Shown: piece by piece, positions 8,213 through 18,958 of the stretch
Position numbering within the stretch: the first letter of the stretch is position 1
How the letters are laid out: every line of letters starts with the position of its first letter
Assembly (NCBI GenBank): GCA_002794465.1
Contig: MTSL01000169.1
Coordinates: forward strand, 76,546-108,545
Reading direction: 5' to 3'
Length of the DNA: 32,000 nucleotides
Source: Paramicrosporidium saccamoebae KSL3
Taxonomy: Eukaryota; Fungi; Cryptomycota
Made by a program: the position numbers and the translations under genes
The notes under the pieces: model-generated
Databases searched by the model: none
Seen by the model: the letters and a program-made list of their open reading frames with translations, nothing else
What the model was told of the DNA's origin: nothing

Positions 8213-8656
8213 TTAGAGCCGCTTTGCCTTGGGAGGACGACACCCATTGAAAGGAACTCTTGTCGTGTCAATCACCTCTGTCACTACCAGTCCCAATCTC
8301 CTCAAATGACCTACTAGCACTCCCCTTGCCGGATTTAATCCTCTAAAATTCAGCCTCACACTCCGCACACCAAGCTCCTCCAGTCTCCTTCTTAGTGTAT
8401 CCAACATGGCCATGGCGGCTTTCGGAGAGGTCTTTTGAGATCCGGAAAAACCGGCAGTGCCTGAGGATAATTTGAAAATGTGCCTCCCGGGCACGGTGGA
8501 CACTGTAAGGAAAATGTTGTTGCGCAGACAATTTATCAGCACCGTCGGTGACAAGTCTCCTCCCACATGCGGTGTGGATGTAGCCGAGGGCTTCTTTACC
8601 ACTGTCGACGAAAAAAATCGGACCATTCCGCCCCAATGTCTGAACAAGCTCAGCAT
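8213..8656 (-). CDS. MRPS11: Mitochondrial ribosomal protein uS11m
   Basis: N-terminal presequence-like region, then NNIFLTVS...SSGTAGFSGSQKTSPKAA...VRLNFRG...IDTTRVPFNGCRPPKAKRL (uS11 signature). Confidence 0.9.
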   Translation of the reverse strand: MLSLFRHWGGMVRFFSSTVVKKPSATSTPHVGGDLSPTVLINCLRNNIFLTVSTVPGRHIFKLSSGTAGFSGSQKTSPKAAMAMLDTLRRRLEELGVRSVRLNFRGLNPARGVLVGHLRRLGLVVTEVIDTTRVPFNGCRPPKAKRL

Positions 8657-8753
8657 AACGGTTAATGAATTGTTTGTTACCCTCGGTTAGCTGTTGAATA
8701 AATTTTTCGAGATCCTGGAGCCCGGTCGTTTAATAGATTGTTTGCTATCCTAG

Positions 8754-8933
8754 TGTCGCGTAGTGGGGATAAATAGTATGGCCCAGTTTAGGCGGGAAGA
8801 AGGGGTTTGTTCCCTGCTAATACTAGAATAGTATGGATGCACACCTCATTGTCATCAAATACCCAAAAAAGCGATCCACTCTAGCACGCAAATACCCAAC
8901 TAATCAATCCTCTGCCTCTACCTCTACGTCACA
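8754..8933 (+). mobile_element. TGT...ACA insertion element, copy 2 (180 bp, internally shorter)
   Basis: TGTCGCGTAGTGGGGATAAATAGTATG...CTCTACGTCACA; exact TSD CTAG (8750-8753 / 8934-8937); shares aagcgatccactctagcac and aaatacccaactaatcaatcctctgcctctac with copy 1. Confidence 0.92.
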
Positions 8934-9080
8934 CTAGAGCTCGGTCGTTTAATTAATTGGCTGCTACCCTGGGGTTTGGTCGTTTGATGAATCGTTTGTT
9001 ACTTTAGGCCTCAGTTGTATAATGCATTTGACCGTCGCAGAATGGATTGTCTGTCAGCCTTGGTAAAGCTTATCGGGGGG

Positions 9081-12000
9081 TCATACAGTCCTGGAGAGCA
9101 AGTCATCGATTGCCAGGATACGGTCAAAAATGTTTTCGGGACTACCAATGACACCCTCTGCACCCTCGGTCATATCGTCCGGGATATTATCCAGTATAGT
9201 CTCAATTCCCACCTTTTGTCCAAGTTGGCTCAGGGTCGATTTCCAGAACTTGCCAAGAATTGCCGGATCAGAACAAAAGGTCAGCAGCTGCTTGCGAATC
9301 TCTGATTCGAGAGCAAAGAATTGACTGGATTGGGTGGGACGTACTGTACGACTGGCCGTTGATGCTAGGAGTAAGCGGTTAGATGTCCAAAGTAGACCAT
9401 CTCCATCAATCTGAACAATAGCCACACCGCTTCGATGGACGTATTGCATTAAATGATGGTTCTCGCGATCATAAGACCATAAGAGCTGCCACTTTGAATT
9501 CTCCGGATCAGGGGCCGGCAGTGCAGAGCTGCTCTCAAAATCAAGTACAAATCCATGCACGCGTAGTAGCTCTTCTGCAAAAAATGTCGGGGAAAAATTC
9601 ATGGTAGAGCCAAAAATTCGGTCCAGCTCTTTGACACATGGAGGAGGAACGGAGAACCCTATTGGCAGGGGAGCATGAAACGGCAAAGAGTGTAGCGAGC
9701 CGGGTATTTCGACAGGTGCCTCTAGCATTATGAAGCCACATTGAAATGCCCTCCTGGCCCAAGCCTGAATCAAATCGTCAATGAGACGAGCAGAGCAAGT
9801 GAGCCAATGCAATCTGAAGTGAAACGTGTTCTTTGGATTGTGCGTCGAATCGTAATGTAGAAACGCCCATTCCCTCCTGTCAGCCGATCTCTTCTGATTA
9901 TCGACATCAATGATGGCAGTACGTGACATGATTATGGGGTGCACCGTAGCCTTGCACGCCTCTCCAGTCAAATGCTCTCTGCTGCTTACCGTCTTTAAAA
10001 TCATGGGGTTGCTCCTTCGCAGTGTTCCAATATCATAAGCGGATGAGAAACGGTAATAGTAGTAGCCATCAAGGAAGCGATGTGCTCCTAGAATATGCTC
10101 CCAAACTCCCTCGTCAATAAGACGATTACCATACTCAACAGCAGCCTCGCGGCTCGTAATATTCTCAAAGAATTTCAACATCCAATCTACGGCCACATTT
10201 CCAACAAAGACAGACCTGTACATTCGCCAATGCCATCTTCGATCTCTAATGCTCATTCCCACCAAGGGATGTTGCATCATTACGGCAACACGTTCTATAG
10301 GACTTGAAATGCTCAGCGGCTCGACGTCAATTACACTGTCGGGAACGGCGGATTCCTCCCGGAACACTTCGGGGCTAATCATTTCAATTCTTCTGGCTTC
10401 ATGATGAGCGTAGGATGAACAGGTAGATGTTGTTAGCACAATCCCCAGACCGTCTATTGACGACTGTCGGGGCTCAGGGGGTCGAAACTCAAATTTCCCA
10501 ACAGAAGTTGGAGTGGGCTGTGATAAAATGCACCTTTGAAACATTTCAATAAACTTTAAGAAACCAGCGATGCGCAGCTCTTCATCGTCCAAAATTTCAT
10601 TAGAGGCCGTAGCCATGATAAGAGACGATCTGGGAGCTTCCTCGGCCGGAATCAGTATAAAACGACTCTGCCACGAATGCCCCTCGGCAACTTCTCGTTT
10701 ACCATTTCCAGAGATCATGTTATCGACCAATTCCCACGGATAGTCTTTGTTGTTCGAGGGAAAAAAGGTTAGCTGACGGAAAGAATATGCGCTATGAAGC
10801 TTTGGACGGATGTATGCAGAGTAAGGCACAACTGATTCAGAAGTATCATGGTCACGACGAGTAAAAATTTGCACTCGAATTGTCTCATCGACAGCTTCAA
10901 TAATGTGTATCTCATGGCCATAGACAAGTGCAGTCTTGTCGAGCTCTCCAATCGTTTCCTGCATCCCTAGTGCAATCCGAAGTGCGATCAGCTCATTTTT
11001 TAAATCTGTCAAAGTGTAGGATTTCCGAAGAAACAGTGTTTCCTTGGCAAGAGCCACCCGATAATCTAACGTGACGCTGAATTCTTCCGCGAGCAATTTC
11101 CGAGTGACTGTAAATTTCGACGTCAAAGGGAGACAAGGGGGAGAGACTAACGTGGGCCAGTGCGGTGGAGAGTGGATCAAATCGTCAGTAACAGTTGTTA
11201 AAATACCCATGAGACATGACCATTTTAGGGAGCAAATTTGACAATGACGGACACGTGTAGTTGTTGGGTCACAAGGATTATAACTATGCGATTGATCCCA
11301 TTGTGTCGTTTCGTCGAATGACAAGAGACTGAAAAGAGAGGCGCCGGGTGGTGATTTGGCGCGACAGCGGTAGAATTTGGCTGCGGTGACATGGTCGTTT
11401 CCAGGATGGAGACGAAGAGTGTTTGGAATGTGACAAACCTCGCCGTCTTTTTGATTCCACTGGGATTTACCCGAAAAATAGCTGCATGTCATCCAGTACG
11501 GTCGATAGTAATTTTGTAAGACACTATCTTGTCGCTTTACAATCTCCAAAAGAGGAGCAGTGTACAGAGGCGGATTGGATAGACAAATTATTTGCAGCCA
11601 GATTCCATCATCAACAATTTTTCTCTTTGCAAGTTTACACAAGGTGTAACTGTGCTCATCGTCAATGACAAAATGCCCATTTCCAGGTGTTATTGATATA
11701 ATTGATATCCCAGTCTTTGACAAGTCACGGTCCAGAAAATGCTTATCGAATATCATCAGGGCGAAATGAATCGCCTCTAAAAAGTTTCCGTCCTTTGCAG
11801 GCACCATTTCTCCCTCATTGGCTTTTTCAACCAACAATTGGGCCTCTCTTCGAATGTCCCTTAGCTTTAGTCTCCAATCTGCATGACTCTCCCACTGCAT
11901 GGCCACCGAGTATAGGTCCCTCAGCTCGTTGTCTTCAATTATCCTTGTGTAAAGCAGAATGGAAACAATGTGATTAACGTTTTCTTCCTTCCATTTTGTA

Positions 12001-12687
12001 AACAAATCTGCCAAAAAGCCATCGATCGACTTTTCCAAGAACGTCTGTCCAGTCATAGGATCCCATTCCAGAGACTCTTTAGCAATTTGCACAAGAATCG
12101 TGACCTTTCCCGTCTCGGACAAAAAAGTCACAGCAACATTCTCCGCACTGACAGCTCCTGATGAGATTGGTTGTTGTGAGCTATCATATAATGCATCAAT
12201 ACGTGCTTTGACGCACGCATTTGGCAAGACCAGATGCTTGCCAACATATGCTCCCCCACCCCGAAGACAATCTCGAATCTGCCTCATCGGCAGACGTCCG
12301 ATATATTGCTCACGGAAACGGACAATTGCATATGTTGCCTCTGGCACTTCCTTCAGCGTGAGCGCGCGGACAAAGACTTCGCCACGCGATTCAAAGTCAA
12401 AACGCTCTGCAATATCCTTGTGCAATGATAGCTAATCGTTAGTAAAGTGGCAAGTCTACTTGAAACGAGCTTTGCTTAAACGGCCCCCGTTCAGTTGAGG
12501 AAACTGCAAGATAGGCTCGTCTGCCCGTAGTTGGGTGCACCAGCGCAACATATCCCGTCACTTTAGGGAACAATTCGGGATTCAGCACGAGCTCGTGGGT
12601 GGAGACGTTGTCATCGTGCACCCACAGGGTATGTCGGGTGCCCCATTCCGCCGGTTTGCGGAGAAGCTCGGTAAGAGCGGAGCGCAT
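9081..12687 (-). CDS. IML1: Iml1/Sea1/DEPDC5, GATOR1/SEACIT subunit
   Basis: Exon 1 (TLWVHDD...ELVLNPELFP) is joined by a 28-nt intron (12432-12459) to a 1114-codon ORF. Motifs: EQYIGRLPMRQ, ILVQIAKESLEWD, GNFLEAIHFAL...FLDRDLSKTG, DEP domain IRDRRWHWRMYRSVFVGNVAVDWM, HYDSTHNPKNTFHFRLHWL. Confidence 0.92.
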
Positions 12688-12852
12688 TAGACCCGGCTGA
12701 TGATAAATTTACCTTTTAGGAAGGTCTACTGTTGGGGCTAATACGACGATCTAAAATTAGATTTGTCGAATAGATGGCCCAAATCAGCGTGCAATATGGA
12801 TAGCCTCTTGTCAGTATAGAATCTTATCGGCTAATCTGACCAATCATTGAGA

Positions 12853-13623
12853 ATGTCCTCAAAGATATTCACACCCGTCAACCAAGTCAAGCTCACAAAC
12901 GTCTCGGTGGTGCGACTGAAGAAGGGGGGAAAGCGGTTTGAGTTGGCTTGCTACAAAAACAAGGTCCAGGACTACCGCAATAAACTGACGAAAGACTTGG
13001 ACGAAGTGCTCCAAATCCATAGTATCTTTTTGAACGTGTCCAAAGGCCAGACTGCCAAAGACTCGGACCTCCAGAGTTCCTTTGGCACCACTGACGTCGA
13101 CACTGTCATTCTCGAGATTCTCAACCGCGGCGACCTGCAAGTCGGCGCTGAAGAGCGCGGGCAGCACCTGCAAATGATGACACGCGAAGTGGCCACCATT
13201 ATTGCTGAAAAGTGTGTGAATCCGCGCACAAGGACACCCTACCCAGTGGGGATGATTGAACAGGCAATTGCCGAATTGCACTTTTCCCCCAACCTAACAC
13301 GGAGTGCGAAACAACAGGCGCTGGAGGTGATCAAGGGATTAGAGAAGCAGACCAAGTTTCCAATTGCAAGGGCGCAGATGCGGCTTTTGGTGGAAGTACC
13401 GGTGAGCGACATCAAACGGGTAATGGAAGCAATCCGGCCGATGATTGCCTCTGTGGAAGAGGAACGAAATGATGGAGTGGCAGACTTGAAGTTAACCTGT
13501 CTGATCGATCCAGGCCAATTCAGGCCACTCACCGAATCGGTTGCCAAATTAACCAAAGGTCGGGGCATTGTCAATCTCCTCTCATTAAAAGATCTCAAAG
13601 ACGCCTCGTCGCCAATAGAATAA
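12853..13623 (+). CDS. SDO1: Ribosome maturation factor Sdo1/SBDS
   Basis: MSSKIFTPVNQVKLTNVSVVRLKKGGKRFELACYKNKV...VNPRTRTPYP...RSAKQQALEVIK...IARAQMRL. Confidence 0.96.
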   Translation: MSSKIFTPVNQVKLTNVSVVRLKKGGKRFELACYKNKVQDYRNKLTKDLDEVLQIHSIFLNVSKGQTAKDSDLQSSFGTTDVDTVILEILNRGDLQVGAEERGQHLQMMTREVATIIAEKCVNPRTRTPYPVGMIEQAIAELHFSPNLTRSAKQQALEVIKGLEKQTKFPIARAQMRLLVEVPVSDIKRVMEAIRPMIASVEEERNDGVADLKLTCLIDPGQFRPLTESVAKLTKGRGIVNLLSLKDLKDASSPIE

Positions 13624-13756
13624 AACTTTTGAGAGATTTGAAAGTATTTACTACAAACCCAATCTCGCCGAGTCCCACTTGTTTATGGATTAGGGAGAAA
13701 TCAGTATTATCCAACCGACCACATTTACTACAAATCTAAAAAAGAAATCAATTTTA

Positions 13757-14592
13757 ATGGACCGGCTACACTTGGCATTCGGGGAACTGGACCGACCTCA
13801 AACCAAGAGTAAACTTGCTAACACTGGAATACAGCCATGGTCGCAAGAACAGTACGTGAGACGAGCACGTTCGTTTCATTGGAGTTGGGCGAGTCGCCAG
13901 TCGCCCGCTGATGTGACAACATGCGCACGGTATGGCTGGTGCCAACCGGACGCTGACCAGGAAGTAAATGTCCTTGTTTGCTCTGCCTGCAAAGCCAGCC
14001 TGTACTTGCCATGGGACGACACCATTGTCTCGGACGCAAGTAGACGCAATGGAACGAATATTGATATTTAGAGACGCTAATTTCTCAAGAATACTTTGAA
14101 AAGATAAGCAGCAGTGGACATGCGTCCGGTGGATACTGTCCTTGGAGGATAGCACCGTGTAGGCCAGAAATTACCGCTTTGGAGTTTCCGTCCTGGAAGA
14201 CGGAGTTACAGGCTTTCACAGAACGAATTGCAACAATGGCTGAATTTGATCGAATTAGCGTCAAGGTTTCTGAGGATACCATTGATGAAATAATTCAGCT
14301 TGCCAAGTTGCAATTCCCAGACATTCATACAAGTGTCCTCTTATTAGCTTTACTGCAGTGGAAAAGAGTTGGGGATAGTCTCGCTTGCGTTCTCGGATGC
14401 TGTGAACTCTCGTTGCTCGTACTGACGGATGACTTTGATCCCGTCGGGGGACATGCGTGGTTTTGTCCCACAGTATTTAATAGTTCATGGAAGCAACTTG
14501 CAAGTCTTTTGCGCCCCACAATGACGAAGCATTTCTATGCTCCTCTGCTAAGTCAGTTCACTTGTGATCGTCTCAAGGAAGTTTTTGAATAG
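13757..14592 (+). CDS. NIPA/ZC3HC1/Rsm1-like C3HC zinc-finger protein
   Basis: PWSQEQYVRRARSF...CARYGW...LVCSACKASL, 32-nt intron 14040-14071, then GHASGGYCPW, LLLALLQW and FDPVGGHAWFCP. This fits a zf-C3HC plus Rsm1 repeat. Confidence 0.82.
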
Positions 14593-14600
14593 AGTTTTTT

Positions 14601-15746
14601 TTATCTATAATATCTCGCTCTACCTTCTCTCGACCGCGATCGTGACCGTGACCGCGACTGCGATGTAGAATATCTCCTAGACCGATATGAGCGAGAATGG
14701 TAATGTTCACTAGTTCGATTTCGAGATTCTGATAGACGGTCTCGCGATCTAGAGGAGTGATCAGTCCGAGATTCTGCTGGACGGTCTCGTGATCCAGAGG
14801 AGTGATCATGTCGAGCTTCTGGTAGACGCTCCCTTGTCCCTGAAGAATAGTCATCTCGAGAACCCGATTGATAGTCTTGTGACGAGGAAGGATCCTGATC
14901 TCTTGACCCAGATGGACAGTCTGTTTTCCTCTCGACATTTAAAACTTTGGGCTGTGAATGCATCAAATCATCAGAAATTAGCGGGATATCAAAAACTACG
15001 TTCATCTCATAAACATTGCTCAACACTTGAGCACACTTGTCCATCTCCTCTTTCTCCACGTTAAAAACTTCGGCCCATTTATCCGGCAAGACCACCCCAC
15101 ACTCCTCAGCAGCCCAACTCACTGCTGCACAGGCTAAAACTGCGGGCTGCCAACACACATAGGCAACAGTGCGGAGTCCGTCGTTGGTCAAATTAATGGC
15201 ACGTTGTGCAAGACGGGGATCGTCGAGTTCAAGGGCATTCAGATAGTTGGCAAGAAGTCCTATGGGATGACGGGGCTGAACGTGGAATCCAAGCTCCCGC
15301 AAGACGCACATTTCGGCAGAGGTTGTTCTGTCCCTCCATTTGTAATATTCATCCGCCACATAGTCCATTATCCGTATTGGTCGCGCTCCCCGTATTTCCT
15401 GGTGTAACCAAAAGTAAATATTAACGACATCCCGGATGCGACGACAACATTCCTCCACCTTTCCAGCAATCAGCGTGCAGGCCATTGCTACATCAAAAAG
15501 TGGCAGCTTCTTGACCGACTGCTGGCAGTAGAACTGCTGAAGGAGGATCTGTCCTGTCATAATTCCCGACTGCGGCATTTTCAACAGTCGTCCAGCCCGC
15601 TGCACAAGGTGACTACCAATATATCTGTAGCGCGTCTCCTCCTCCCACCTCATATCTTCTTTTTGCGAGGGACTCTGTCCAGCCACGAAAAAGGCATTAT
15701 AGTCCACCAAGGGATTCAACCAGTCCACTCCCTCCAGCAGCGTCAT
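14601..15746 (-). CDS. CCNL: Cyclin L with C-terminal RS domain
   Basis: SPSQKED...EETRYRYIGSHLVQRAGRLLKMPQ...GQILLQQFY...VAMACTLIAGKVEE..RRIRDVVN...EMCVLRELGF..HP; SRSRSRSRS tail. Confidence 0.88.
   Translation of the reverse strand: MTLLEGVDWLNPLVDYNAFFVAGQSPSQKEDMRWEEETRYRYIGSHLVQRAGRLLKMPQSGIMTGQILLQQFYCQQSVKKLPLFDVAMACTLIAGKVEECCRRIRDVVNIYFWLHQEIRGARPIRIMDYVADEYYKWRDRTTSAEMCVLRELGFHVQPRHPIGLLANYLNALELDDPRLAQRAINLTNDGLRTVAYVCWQPAVLACAAVSWAAEECGVVLPDKWAEVFNVEKEEMDKCAQVLSNVYEMNVVFDIPLISDDLMHSQPKVLNVERKTDCPSGSRDQDPSSSQDYQSGSRDDYSSGTRERLPEARHDHSSGSRDRPAESRTDHSSRSRDRLSESRNRTSEHYHSRSYRSRRYSTSQSRSRSRSRSREGRARYYR
14725..14830 (-). repeat. 48-bp (16-aa) coding tandem repeat in the cyclin L tail
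   Basis: gacggtctcgcgatctagaggagtgatca / gacggtctcgtgatccagaggagtgatca; protein (T/H)DHSS(G/R)SRDR(P/L)xE. Confidence 0.75.
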
Positions 15747-16008
15747 TTAACAATTTATCGTCAATTTCCCATAAGTGGGATACATTGCTTACGACTGCAG
15801 GCCATAAGCGCCGAGCTAATACTGAACAGAGTAGATGGTACATTTAGACAGCAGGGATGGGGGGTCTTGATTACAGACCTCACAAAAAGTCACTTTATTA
15901 AAAAACGTACTCCTTCTATAAGTGGCCACTTTCAGCACATCGAATTGGGCTTATGGGATAGATATCTTGATGGGGCCACCAATAGTGAGCAGATATTGTT
16001 GTAGAGTA

Positions 16009-16371
16009 TCATTTGTAGGCTGTCGTTGTGGCTGGACCATAATAATTTGCACAGATTCTCCACAGAATATTGTGCATCCTCGCCCTCGGATGCGGCAATT
16101 TCATTGAAATGCTTTGCTCATATGGTGCAAATAGATCTACTTGGTAATTCAGAGTCTCGTCACTCGACAAGACTTTTAAGCATGCGTCTACCAAGTCGTA
16201 TTTCCTGAGGGGTTGCATGATCACAAGCAAATCGAGACTAAGAATAGTCTCGTTTGCTCCATATTCCAACTGGGCCGAAGAGTGACTGGCGTCACCCGAG
16301 ATACATATTTGACGCAATTCAACGTCGCTTGCCAAGACGGTGAGCGGGAACAAGAGCCAAGATAAGTGCAT
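16009..16371 (-). CDS. Small putative secreted protein (120 aa), unknown function
   Basis: ATG with a signal-peptide-like MHLSWLLFPLTVLAS; three Cys; no family recognised. Confidence 0.5.
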   Translation of the reverse strand: MHLSWLLFPLTVLASDVELRQICISGDASHSSAQLEYGANETILSLDLLVIMQPLRKYDLVDACLKVLSSDETLNYQVDLFAPYEQSISMKLPHPRARMHNILWRICANYYGPATTTAYK

Positions 16372-16447
16372 GATGTTAACGGAGATATGCGATCAAGAGC
16401 TTTATATTAGTGGCGCAGTCTACATCCCAATCCGGCATATCTTGGAT

Positions 16448-16738
16448 CTAGCATAGGCCTTCCCGCGAATTTGAAATAATGCTTGTGGACTGAATTTTCT
16501 GTTCTGCATGGTTGAGTAGTTGTGAGAGTTGTCTGTCAAGCTCGACAGTGGTGAGTTGGTCGATGGGAGTGGAAAAGAGGTCGTCAGACTGACTGTCTCC
16601 ATCTGATAATCCACTGCTATCATCGTCTGCAGGAACCATTTCCGTGACAAAGAGCTCTTCTCTTTTAGCAGCACCCTCCACTTCGGAAAGACCAAAGCAG
16701 CAAAATAAGCCTATGAAGCGCGTCAACACTGAATTCAT
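16448..16738 (-). CDS. Hypothetical small acidic protein; 3' end uncertain
   Basis: MNSVLTRFIGLFCCFGL... followed by an acidic/Ser tract and a short amphipathic helix (LDRQLSQLLNHAEQKI). It may be spliced. Confidence 0.4.
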   Translation of the reverse strand: MNSVLTRFIGLFCCFGLSEVEGAAKREELFVTEMVPADDDSSGLSDGDSQSDDLFSTPIDQLTTVELDRQLSQLLNHAEQKIQSTSIISNSREGLC

Positions 16739-16883
16739 GAGGTGCCACAAATAAATATAGCCAATTTATGTACGACCCGGTTATCAAGGCGACTCGAAAA
16801 TTTATAAACAAATCTATACATGGTGTAGCAATGTAGTAAAGGTGCTTCTTGTGGTGCTCACTGGACTTTTATGACTGCCTCCT

Positions 16884-18076
16884 CTAACCTTGTTTAAGCA
16901 TGGCCGTCCTGAATGAAGGTAAAGAATAGTCGTCTTCAACAAAACTCAAAGAACCGTCATCGTCCTTGTCATCTGTAGTGGTACCATCTTCATCCTTGTC
17001 ATCCGTGGTGGTGCCATCTTCATCCTCGTCGTCTGTAGTGGTACTATCGTCATCATTCTCGGATAGTTCATGCTCGAGTTTATCTAATGTCTCTGAAAAG
17101 TTTAGTTTTCCTTCTTCCTCCGCTTCGGTAGCTTCAAAATCCTCAAAATTTTCCAGAGTATCAGCAACTGTTTTTCCAAATTCGCAAAGAAATTCTCTCA
17201 TTTCAGAAGAGTCGGTAATTCGGCTCAATTTGCCATCAGCATTATCATCCAGCTTGGATCTCTTGGTACCGATAGTCGTCCGTTTCACATTTTCAATCAT
17301 CTCTTCTGAGAATCCGTTCATTTCTAATGATACAGAAACGCTGTTCCAGCCGATGACAGGCGCTTTAGGTCTTCCAACTCGAAACTGCTCCTCTACGACT
17401 AGCACATCCTGCACAACTTTTCTTGTCCATTCAATCAATATTCTCAAAAATTCACGCGCTGCCTGAACCGTTACCATGGCTTCAGAACTTCCAGTCAGCT
17501 CGGCAGCACGTTTCTGTAATCTATCAGGACGAAGTATCAGATGCACAAAAGGGTCCTTCCGTCTATTTTTTTGCAGACTACGAACATCTGCCTCTTCTTT
17601 TTTACAAAGCAGCTCTGCATTTTCAATCTCCAACTCCAGGTCGTGTTCATTAGTAACTAGCGCCTCCTCCAGCCGTGGTGTCATATCAAATCCGGCATTA
17701 TGCACTACAAGTTGTAAATAGAAATCTGATCATTACAATAGCGGCTCACGTCATCTAAAATAGCACAACGATATGCAGCATCGGTGGGCCGATACGGTCG
17801 ATAATCTTTCCTAATGTGGACCCTCTCGTTGACGGCCTGCGCATATCGGTCATAGTCCCCCCGACACGCGTACTTTTGCATGGCCTCGCCGGTGTATCGA
17901 ATCTTTTGTAGACCGTAGCTCTGTGGGTGCGAAAATAGTCTTTTAATGCATTCATGCACCCGTCGTGTGTCTCTCACCCTGCCACCGGGAACTTTGCGTT
18001 TTCCTTCCAGTCGTTCCAGACTGTCCAGTTCCCTGTCATCCAGTTCAATAGGTGTCTCTGCCGCCGGTGGAATCAT
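16884..18076 (-). CDS. Hypothetical protein of about 386 aa with acidic tail, possibly Rrn5-like (Pol I UAF)
   Basis: ORFs 17705-18076 and 16884-17705 are joined in frame by a 32-nt intron at 17705-17736 (GTAATG...TTGTAG). The segment AAREFLRILIEWTRKVVQDVL...VSVSLEMNG resembles a histone-fold-like region; the Rrn5 call is weak. Confidence 0.65.
16955..17054 (-). repeat. 3 x 30-bp coding repeat (DG/DSTTTDD(K/E)DE)
   Basis: DDSTTTDDEDEDGTTTDDKDEDGTTTDDKDDDG in the acidic tail. Confidence 0.9.
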
Positions 18077-18958
18077 CTAAAGGAAATTGTATTAAGCATA
18101 TCGTCTACCTGTCACCTGTCGCGTAGTAAATAATCACCACGGACTTTTTACTGCCGAGTAACTCACCGTAATATGTAAACATGAGGACAGTAATGTTTTG
18201 TGGTGGGAGTATTATCACGGCGTCAATATAACTGGGCGACAGGGAATTAACAGCTAATACGGATTCACCAGCATAGTGTCCACTACATTGGCGAGTCTAT
18301 ATTCCAAATATTGGAAAACACTCAGCACACAGGTAAATATTCCACTATTTCACAATAGTACAAGTAGTTTTATTAACGAGTCAGGTTCCGAGCATTCCAG
18401 CATTGATGAATGGTCTTGCGCTTATTCCTCCGGTGTGTCGGTTTATGCAGGGACGACGTTGAATTTGATCGCTTGAGTTGGCTATCGAGAAAACTACCCC
18501 ACGGACATTTACAGTTATCCAGCCAATTACACACAATGGACATGCTATCTACAGCTGGCCCAATATAGGAGCCATGCTCGGCTATCCGAAACAGGTGGAT
18601 AAGCTCCTCCATTTCGTTTGTCCCAAGAGCATCAACACTTGGCCGACGTGTCAGAGACAGAAAACTGTTACTATTAGAATCCGCAATGACAAGGGATTCA
18701 GTACCGGAAGTGGTGCAGCCAGGCATGACAAGACTAGGCGGCACGTTCCAGCAAAAGTTTGTGGGTACCCCCAACAAAAAGTTGCATTAATTACCAAATG
18801 ACGCCTCATCATGTGATTGGCCAGAAAAGTCATTATTACAAAGTTATCACGGCCAAGGAGATCAAGGAGCTTTGATCCGTTATATAGTCTCGTAGTAGTA
18901 ATAAACTCTTTATCAGGGCGCCCAATCCATCATACCCTTGCATCACGACACAGGTTAT

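Noticed and set aside
7962-8933. Two same-orientation element copies flanking uS11m, resembling an LTR element or composite transposon that captured a gene
   Set aside because: Each copy has its own TSD (CGTT; CTAG) and the outer flanks do not match, so these are independent insertions.
18110-18130. TGTCACC-TGTCGCGTAGT, matching element left ends
   Set aside because: No right end or matching 4-bp TSD found downstream; at most a remnant or chance match.
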